Below, in pieces: positions 18,401-24,412 of a stretch of 35,776 nt of DNA; positions within the stretch are counted from its first letter, which is position 1; every line of letters begins with the position of its first letter. The notes under the pieces are model-generated. The model was not told where the DNA came from. It worked only from the letters and a program-made list of their open reading frames with translations, and searched no databases. The translations under genes were made by a program, and so were the position numbers. The DNA lies in assembly GCA_003501665.1 (NCBI GenBank), contig DNOQ01000096.1, positions 812 to 36,587 of the forward strand, read 5' to 3'. The stretch is from Bacteroidales bacterium (GTDB lineage Bacteria > Bacteroidota > Bacteroidia > Bacteroidales > VadinHA17).

Positions 18401-19015
18401 AAAAAGTTTAAATTTGCAGGTTTCTATAATGCGTCTAACATGATGGAAGACTTACCAGAAACTGAGCGAGAGTTAAAAGAAATAATATCTATATTGTCCT
18501 CTGATTCCGAAGTCATAGGCATAGCGACAGGAAAAGAAATGACTCGCCAGCGGTTCATTCATCTTTGCAATCAAGCAGATATCATACATTATGCGGGGCA
18601 CGCAGTATTCATTCCAGATTCACCGATGGACTCCTACTTACCTCTGGCTGCTGCAGAAAGCGGTACATATGGTCATGAAGATCGGTTATCATGTAGCGAA
18701 ATGATTGAGCAATTGCATCTGAAGTCTACCATCTTTTTTCTGAGTGGATGTGAATCTGGGCGCTCAGAAATGCGTGGCCAAATGGAAATAGCTGGTTTCC
18801 TAAGAACCGCATTTTTGTGCGGAGCATCAACCGTCATATTTTCACTTTGGCCATTACCGGATACTCGTGAAACTGTATCAATTGTGAGCCATTTTTATAG
18901 AAATCTGATTTTTTCAGGTGAAAGTTGCTCCAATGCACTTCGAAATGCTATGTTATCAATGCGCAATATGCATCCCTGGTTTTGGGCTGGTTTTCAAATG
19001 TCTGGGATTCTATAG
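15425..19015 (+). CDS. Large TPR/HEAT-repeat protein with a C-terminal CHAT (caspase-like) peptidase domain
   Basis: 1196 aa. The middle region has TPR-like repeats (e.g. ISFYELTAKLMEG...ALMSLGILYSTLEDWPNALTYLERA...). The C-terminal ~300 aa carries CHAT hallmarks: LVIVPHGPLFNLPFAPLW, the catalytic His context IIHYAGHAVF and the catalytic Cys context IFFLSGCESG. Confidence 0.85.
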   Translation: MPYSSNDFEILLERIVKRKSSADAHQAWDELHQLAGKERQRLFIKCIQQHDIVNSNATLYLYQFGYWYPDETLNILKTVAQDGSLLAWQILCAQLSRQDIYSDGERCHPFKPIENAAELEIKTAAVDVIQQFIIQNLLNSDLRLVSQIAEALSRAPSLSALEFLTDIVSNRKYDTDRRLILCVGVKCVAEALYTKLKQRDWISMAQKLAVIVTNNEEDFNIRGELAYVFLFFPLPEGISAVRSLIENTKKTGFGSVYLADLDNLLKDLEKCDVTSDNDILPHLTADEIIQAIMGFSKKSIYSYGRWGEALSQGSTLCLETGDTKTFHYSKEVIDKCIGIIHPFDKDDPEWCDRYVKLLVEAVCFNGPPEAMFQCIVAGASRSLNKVKLFNVLNFLQLAFNNINRLYIPSIIERFGLLGELGILSGQKAQNEGQTDLAISFYELTAKLMEGRIDEHFAGALMSLGILYSTLEDWPNALTYLERARPILVQIEDQENLATCLMEIGVAEQVQGNYEASRHHLESALSICEPLESATHFTALPHCLSHLADLGIEDGSLSKSEAIELIDRAINLARERKDFGLENLLLHKKEDILGLFKIKNDFDHNVRRMYSQIEASQGDDFWAAVNSELREASELDGRANFQFEEIASDLRYSALCLYIRAYIRLTFAEEFEVLRHTIDNDIDVKAPKSANHIISRIIDILITRGDINWAMEFADRSKSRSLIRLCQLSRFDVLLNNKSSVPSYLITEINETTKRLSSLIHSKGLSDSEEARNIHLRLKDLISYLPAPIRNSFGIDQAINDYMTLRRELKNIDDFTKMTKEYSESKESPLLDLYKGWLPSETLPEIASFLNPDERLIEYYLDNENDGHIFILDPDGVAHHAYLNVSEEKLISLISQLIPNSFVLDNSKEPSGCTAMLSELYDILIRPINNWICSDTRKVKRLVIVPHGPLFNLPFAPLWNKERRRYLIEDFELTVIPNGGFLHLLQSSKRQLPKKFKFAGFYNASNMMEDLPETERELKEIISILSSDSEVIGIATGKEMTRQRFIHLCNQADIIHYAGHAVFIPDSPMDSYLPLAAAESGTYGHEDRLSCSEMIEQLHLKSTIFFLSGCESGRSEMRGQMEIAGFLRTAFLCGASTVIFSLWPLPDTRETVSIVSHFYRNLIFSGESCSNALRNAMLSMRNMHPWFWAGFQMSGIL

Positions 19016-19035
19016 ATGGAAAAAAACGAGTTCAT

Positions 19036-19416
19036 ATGAAAAATTCATCTGACGTGACTTTTCAAATAGCTATCGATGCTAATATTATGTCTTGTCTAGA
19101 TCTAAGAAAACGTCTGGAAGCTCTGATTTCTAAAAGTCATACCGACATTTTACTTGAAATAAGAAAACCCGAAATTAGAACCCGAGGTATAGATCCCACT
19201 ATCCTTGTCGCAACTGTAGGAGCTATTGGTGCTGGTCTTGGTGCTTTAATAACTGGGCTTTTGAAAATAGCTCAAGGGAGTTCTGCAAAAAGGATTATAA
19301 TTCAATCTCGGAAAGGAGCACGTATAGAATTCCCCGCTGATATGAAATCTGATCAAATTGATGTCTTAATAGATAAGTTAATAAAATTGGATGCTGATAA
19401 AATCATCATATCATAA
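19036..19416 (+). CDS. Small single-pass membrane protein, EACC1-like (effector-associated constant component) candidate
   Basis: I chose the ATG at 19036 (MKNSSDV...), 20 nt after the CHAT stop. The supplied ORF's upstream start at 18925 would overlap the CHAT C-terminus. 126 aa. The layout is an N-terminal soluble part (LRKRLEALI...LEIRKPE), one Gly/Ala-rich TM helix (ILVATVGAIGAGLGALITGLL), then RIIIQSRKGARIEFPADM...IDVLIDKL. From memory, this layout matches the EACC1 family that Aravind and co-workers predicted next to CHAT/trypsin effectors. Confidence 0.6.
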   Translation: MKNSSDVTFQIAIDANIMSCLDLRKRLEALISKSHTDILLEIRKPEIRTRGIDPTILVATVGAIGAGLGALITGLLKIAQGSSAKRIIIQSRKGARIEFPADMKSDQIDVLIDKLIKLDADKIIIS

Positions 19417-19887
19417 CTTCAACACATTAGCCCTAATGAAACTGGGGATGCTGTTGAAAAGTTAATTGTCATATAGAATTACGTCATTAACCTGCATGCC
19501 GTCGACTTGGCACTATTGCCAGACACGGGATACAAGATATCGAAGAAGACATTTTAAAAAAATAGACCCAATTCCGGTGGCACTACTAATCTATTTCCGC
19601 TTATAACCTGCATAATTCAAGAAATACTCGCTCGTGAGAAGTACTGTGAGGATGTTATTCTGCGCTGTTCACCTTCTATATAGGTGTAAGTAAACACTTG
19701 ACATATCTTGTAATTTTTAGGAAATTACTGGTAGTAATATATATGCTTTCTTTATTTTTCGGGCAAAAGAAGATGATAAATTCCTGCACGTGGGATATAT
19801 TTATAGCTCCTATTGCACAACGCAAATATTCCACGATAAATCTGCGATCGAGGGGCAAAGAGATGGAAGCAATTGAAGTGGCAGAAA

Positions 19888-21306
19888 ATGGATAAGATCA
19901 GGGCTGAAAGAATCGCAAAAGAGGTTATCGGGTCAGAGATCGGTGGCTGGAAAGTTCTTGAGCTTATAAATTATGGGAAATCTGCTGTCGTTCTTAAAGC
20001 GGAGAAGTCGGCTGCTCTGAAAATCTTTGATCGCGAACTAGTTGAAAGATTTGGCGAGGCTGCGCAGGAAGAGCGAATCAATCGCGAGTTGTCTTTGCGT
20101 GGTAAGCAACATGAGAACCTTGTCGAAATTTTCGATGGAGGTAAATGCCCTCGCACGGGGTATTACTTTATTGTAATGACATATATCGATGCGCCAAATT
20201 TGGCAAGCGTTTTAAATGATATTCCACGTGAACAAATTTGGTCGATCATTTCGCAAGTCGCTCGAGCTGCTCATTTTCTTGAAAGTCTTGAAATTGCCCA
20301 TAGAGATATAAAACCAGAGAATATAGCTATCAGCATAGATTATCGAAAGGCAGTATTGCTGGACTTGGGTGTCATTCGTCCATTCAAGGTTGAGAGTTTA
20401 ACAGATGCCGAGCAACGAGTCTTTCTTGGGACACTACGCTATAGCTCACCCGAGTTTCTGTTTCGCAAAGAAGAAAATAGTTTAGAGGGATGGCGGGCTT
20501 TAACATTTTATCAATTAGGGGCTGTTCTCCATGATATGATTATGCAAAGGTGTTTGTTTGATGAGTTTTCTGATCCATTTGCCATGTTAGTAGAAGCAGT
20601 TAAACACGAGACTCCAGTTATCAACGCTACTGATGTTTCACCTGATTTGGTATTGCTCGCAAGAAATTGCCTGAGCAAACCAGTTGACTTGCGACTCCGC
20701 CTATTAAAATGGGAAGATTTTGAACCAAGGGCTACCAGTTCTACTTCTGCCAGCGAGGCTAGGGAAAGAGTTAGGAAAAGAAAAACATATTATAAAGAGC
20801 AAGCAAAACAAAGCTATGATGAAGACATAGAAAGGGAGATAAGGGCAACCAAACAAATAATTGACGAAATGAGCACGAAGATCCAGGCTGTTATAAGTCG
20901 AGAATGCATTAGCAGTGGCTTTTTCCCTCCCATCGAAATCCACGATTTCCTGCAAGGATCTTCGCCCAAAGTAGCGAGTTTTTTACTTTGCATCTCCAGT
21001 TCCGAGGAATATGGTTTAAAAAATGTGATTTCCATTCTTTTTTTGATAGAGCTTTTAGAGCAGAAAGATAGAATTGTCAGCCTTAATTATGTTTCAGGCT
21101 TGTATAATAAAAACATAGACGTGGAAGGATTCAAAGAGCAAAGGTCAACAACTTTTTTTGAAGGTGCCTTTGAGGAAGCTGTCATAAAGAATAAGCTTCG
21201 CGATATACTATACCTTCTATTTGATAAGGCGCAACAAAGCGAGGGAATGAAGTCAAATGCGGAAATACTCAGAGAACCTGAATGGATAACTATTGATGAG
21301 CCATAA
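19888..21306 (+). CDS. Hanks-type Ser/Thr protein kinase with a ~190-aa uncharacterised C-terminal domain
   Basis: Subdomain II Lys lies in AALKIF and the alphaC Glu in INRELSL. The catalytic loop is HRDIKPENI. The DFG equivalent is DLG and the activation/P+1 segment is GTLRYSSPE. The supplied ORF starts at a TTG at 19873; I prefer the first ATG at 19888 (MDKIR...). I recognise no motif after about residue 290. Confidence 0.8.
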   Translation: MDKIRAERIAKEVIGSEIGGWKVLELINYGKSAVVLKAEKSAALKIFDRELVERFGEAAQEERINRELSLRGKQHENLVEIFDGGKCPRTGYYFIVMTYIDAPNLASVLNDIPREQIWSIISQVARAAHFLESLEIAHRDIKPENIAISIDYRKAVLLDLGVIRPFKVESLTDAEQRVFLGTLRYSSPEFLFRKEENSLEGWRALTFYQLGAVLHDMIMQRCLFDEFSDPFAMLVEAVKHETPVINATDVSPDLVLLARNCLSKPVDLRLRLLKWEDFEPRATSSTSASEARERVRKRKTYYKEQAKQSYDEDIEREIRATKQIIDEMSTKIQAVISRECISSGFFPPIEIHDFLQGSSPKVASFLLCISSSEEYGLKNVISILFLIELLEQKDRIVSLNYVSGLYNKNIDVEGFKEQRSTTFFEGAFEEAVIKNKLRDILYLLFDKAQQSEGMKSNAEILREPEWITIDEP

Positions 21307-21320
21307 CATACTTTAAGCAA

Positions 21321-22481
21321 ATGAACGAAACGTGGTGGGTTGGACCTGAACAATTAGATGTTGATCAAAAGACTATTATTTCTTTGCCTTTAGATGGAAG
21401 CCATCTCATTATTGGGCCGCCGGGGTCAGGTAAAACTAATCTATTACTTCTTCGTGCAAATTACACATTTCTTTCGGGCAGTAGAAATATATCGGTCGTC
21501 GTATTTACGAAGACTCTGCGGGATTTCATTGCCTCCGGTGCGAGGCATTATGCCTTTCCCATGGAAAAAGTGACCACTTGTCGCAAATGGCAATTGGATC
21601 TCTTATATGAATATGGCGAGAGAGTTGTTTTGTCAGAAGGTAAATTCAACGAACAAAGAGCATTCATTGTTGCCAAAGTGAATGAATTAATAACAACAAA
21701 AAAACTTGAAAATATATACGATGCTTTGTTTTTGGATGAATCTCAGGATTATACTCCCGAGGAAATTATGATCTTCAAAAGATTGGGGAAAGTAGTATTC
21801 GCTGTTGCTGATTCGAGGCAGAAAATCTATCAAGGCAAAGATTCCATTGAGACGGTTAAGAGCGCCGTGGATTATACCCACCCTCTAAGGTTTCATTATC
21901 GGAACGGCCTCGCCATCTGCAAGTTTGCGGATGCCATCGCAAAAGACTCCCCCGATTATGAGAAGCTCGCGGAAACATCAAATTACGATGAAGTTGCAAG
22001 ACCTTCCTCTGTTGAAGCCTTTAGCTGTGCTGATCTGAATGAGCAAGCCGCAAGAATTATCGAGAAATTGAAAATCCAATTGAAAGCTTATCCCGATGAA
22101 ATGCTATGCGTCATTTGTCCAAAGAAGGAAGACCTTTTAGTCATATGGGAAGTGGTCCAGGAATCAGAAATTGCAGCACAGTGCATTTTACACGGCATCG
22201 ATGGTTATATTTCACTGAGCACAACAACTTGTATATTCTTTTGTTCCTTACATTCTGTCAAAGGCTTAGAATCTCGCGCTGTTCATATAGCAGGATGTGA
22301 GTTTCTAAAACGTTTTCCGCATAATAGGAATATGGCATTCACAGCAGTGACACGAGCTAAGACGTCGTTATCTCTTTATTACTCCAGTGTTTTGCCCGGA
22401 TATCTTGAACAAGCTATACAGTTACTTCAACCTTTGCCCGATCTACCTGAAATGAAAGATGTTTTTGGAGGCAGAAAATAA
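21321..22481 (+). CDS. Minimal UvrD/PcrA-like SF1 helicase (core motifs only, 386 aa)
   Basis: Walker A is IIGPPGSGKTNLLLLRA. Motif Ia is VVVFTKTLRDF and motif II is LFLDESQDY. Motif III-like is AVADSRQKIY. Motif V is SLHSVKGLESRAVHI and motif VI is FTAVTRAKTSLSLYY. It starts 14 nt after the kinase stop. Confidence 0.75.
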   Translation: MNETWWVGPEQLDVDQKTIISLPLDGSHLIIGPPGSGKTNLLLLRANYTFLSGSRNISVVVFTKTLRDFIASGARHYAFPMEKVTTCRKWQLDLLYEYGERVVLSEGKFNEQRAFIVAKVNELITTKKLENIYDALFLDESQDYTPEEIMIFKRLGKVVFAVADSRQKIYQGKDSIETVKSAVDYTHPLRFHYRNGLAICKFADAIAKDSPDYEKLAETSNYDEVARPSSVEAFSCADLNEQAARIIEKLKIQLKAYPDEMLCVICPKKEDLLVIWEVVQESEIAAQCILHGIDGYISLSTTTCIFFCSLHSVKGLESRAVHIAGCEFLKRFPHNRNMAFTAVTRAKTSLSLYYSSVLPGYLEQAIQLLQPLPDLPEMKDVFGGRK

Positions 22482-23858
22482 ATGTGGACAAAAAATACTA
22501 GTCGCGGCGAATTACTTGATCTATTGCAGGCTGAGCGACCCCTCTCAATGAGAAATTCATCTCAGTATGATTTGCTGAATTCAGATTCGCATAGTGACCT
22601 ACAAATTGCTTGGAAAGAAAAACCTTCACAGGAGTCTGCACTACCAAGGGCGATTATAGTACCTCATAACAAGAAAAGAGATTTTTTAGCATGGGCCCTA
22701 ACATATCTAACAAATTTCAGACCATTTACAGCTTACTTTAGAATATTTACGAAAGAAGACGTTGAGAAGTATACGATAGAACAGGAGCCATCATTAGGTA
22801 AACTAGAAAGCGTATGCCTTGGCATTATTTTGGGAGAAGCTGCAACCTATTTGGATACGCATGATATTCGCCAGTTATCTCCAAGCGGTTGTTCAAGGAC
22901 TTTCTCCTTTGCTATGTCACGAGCCTTAGCTTTAGGTTTGTTAAAAAATGAGGGGAATGCTGATATGGCAAATGCATGGCAGATGGCGCGGCACCTAACA
23001 AATCAGCCCAAGTTAAATCTGAATGTTGAGTATCTTCTGATCCCGTGGTCCGTAATTCTACTGCTCGCTGATATCGTTGGTATTGAGAAGGATCATCCAC
23101 CACAAAACATATTAGACGCGTGTCGCGATCTATTCAACAAAGGAGATATTGAAGATTCTAACTGGATGACTTTTGTCAGTACTTTCCCAGAGCATAAAGA
23201 TGTTCTAACACTAATGCGAGGTACACGTGAAGAAAGAGTAGTAACTTTTGAGAAGATGTTCAATATGTTGCTGCCTATGAAAAACAAAGATGAGACAACA
23301 TGTGCTTTTTTGTGTGGCTACTTGGCCAGCTTAATAGCGCCAGGCGCTATTGATCACCTGAACTTGTTAAGACCATATGTTCGAGAGTTACCGTCCATTT
23401 TATTATGGTATGGTCTTTGTACAGGTTTGCGCAATCATTCAAGCATGAAGAACTACTCGCTAGGACTGGGTCGTCGTATCCTTCGGGATTTGCTCCAATA
23501 CGAGTTCTTTATCGATCGACCTAGATGTGATATTTCGCTTGCTGAATTAGAATTGTTAGTCGTCGATAATAAGATGACTTTAGATTTTCGTACAGGGCGC
23601 TCGGGACAAATGGAAATTGAAATTGCCCCTTGTGTTACAACCACGGTGAAATGGCCGCCACCGAGCGACCATCAGCAAGAATTGCACATGAGGAGTGAAA
23701 TTGAGTATGAAATTGCAGATCTCGAGGCTGATGTCACTTTGGCTCTCGCTAAAATGGAAAATGTTAGACGTAGATTATCACACCTAACCCAAATACGCGC
23801 ATCAAAAAGTACTGATATAGAACAGAAATATAGAAAAGGCAAGAAAAAAGGTCGGTAG
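22482..23858 (+). CDS. Hypothetical 458-aa protein, third gene of the kinase-helicase operon
   Basis: The ATG follows the helicase stop directly (taaATG). It looks predominantly helical, with a C-terminal coiled-coil-like, Lys-rich tail (EIADLEADVTLALAKMENVRRRL...KYRKGKKKGR). I recognise no catalytic or family motif. Confidence 0.7.
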   Translation: MWTKNTSRGELLDLLQAERPLSMRNSSQYDLLNSDSHSDLQIAWKEKPSQESALPRAIIVPHNKKRDFLAWALTYLTNFRPFTAYFRIFTKEDVEKYTIEQEPSLGKLESVCLGIILGEAATYLDTHDIRQLSPSGCSRTFSFAMSRALALGLLKNEGNADMANAWQMARHLTNQPKLNLNVEYLLIPWSVILLLADIVGIEKDHPPQNILDACRDLFNKGDIEDSNWMTFVSTFPEHKDVLTLMRGTREERVVTFEKMFNMLLPMKNKDETTCAFLCGYLASLIAPGAIDHLNLLRPYVRELPSILLWYGLCTGLRNHSSMKNYSLGLGRRILRDLLQYEFFIDRPRCDISLAELELLVVDNKMTLDFRTGRSGQMEIEIAPCVTTTVKWPPPSDHQQELHMRSEIEYEIADLEADVTLALAKMENVRRRLSHLTQIRASKSTDIEQKYRKGKKKGR

Positions 23859-23992
23859 GAAATAGGAAAAGTGCGGCAAAAAATGCCAGAACTAAAAAGA
23901 GACTTGCCTTGAGTCTTGCAGTCAACTCTTGGTTTCTGTCTTGTAATAATTTTCGAATGTAATCCGCAGAATAATCTGGAACCCTGTGGGTG

Positions 23993-24067
23993 GTCTGGTA
24001 GCCAGGGTTCATTGCTGAACCCCAGCCCCATAAGAACCGTGCTTGTCAGTTTCCCGACACACGGCTC
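23993..24067 (-). mobile_element. Group II intron 3' remnant: ribozyme domain V plus domain VI with a bulged branch-point A
   Basis: On the minus strand, 24067->24034 reads GAGCCGUGUGUCGGGAAACUGACAAGCACGGUUC. This is 34 nt with an AGC triad, a GAAA tetraloop and a 2-nt bulge, versus the canonical domain V GAGCCGUAUGCGAUGAAAGUCGCACGUACGGUUC. A 4-nt linker follows, then a hairpin (GGGCUGGGGUUCA-GCAA-UGAACCCUGGCU) with an unpaired A at 23999, 7 nt before a terminal AC at 23994-23993. No RT ORF or recognisable domain I is present upstream. Confidence 0.65.
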
Positions 24068-24412
24068 AAGCCTTTCATAAGCTGCTTTCAGCAGCCGGTT
24101 CCACAACCTCCATTTGTGCATGTGTGGTAATTATAGAGAATCATGGTGTCAGACTTGTTTATTGCAATTTGCTGAATTTGGGGACTTAATCTGTACTTCG
24201 CTTATGCAATGTCAAGCATGGAGACGCTTTTAGCCTCGGCTAATCCGTTATGATGGAAAGACATGAGTTTTAATTATTTCCGAATTAACATCCTACATAA
24301 AAACGCGCACTCATGTTTGTACTTTTCCCCTCTAAAAAAAACGATTATGCCAACTCTCAGGGGATATTACGGCGGGACTCCTGAATTGCTCATAGAGTCC
24401 CGCCGTTTGTTG

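Noticed and set aside
18925-19035. Upstream extension of the EACC1-like ORF (the supplied 163-aa version)
   Set aside because: The extension would overlap the last 90 nt of the CHAT gene in another frame. The ATG at 19036 gives a protein whose architecture is complete on its own.
19487-19617. Two copies of TAACCTGCAT about 120 bp apart in the kinase upstream gap
   Set aside because: There are only two 10-bp copies and no further structure, which is compatible with chance in a 460-bp AT-rich region.
23672-24121. 149-aa minus-strand ORF spanning the 3' end of the 458-aa gene and the following gap
   Set aside because: It overlaps the end of a well-supported plus-strand gene in antisense. Its N-terminal part is simply a translation of the group II intron domain V/VI RNA. 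It has no RBS.
24306-24310. GUGCG pentamer (minus strand) as the 5' end of a complete mini group II intron
   Set aside because: The implied intron, 24310->23993, is only 318 nt. I could not identify domain I-IV structures or a tetraloop receptor, and a 5-mer match is likely to be chance. I treat it as a truncated remnant unless a covariance model says otherwise.
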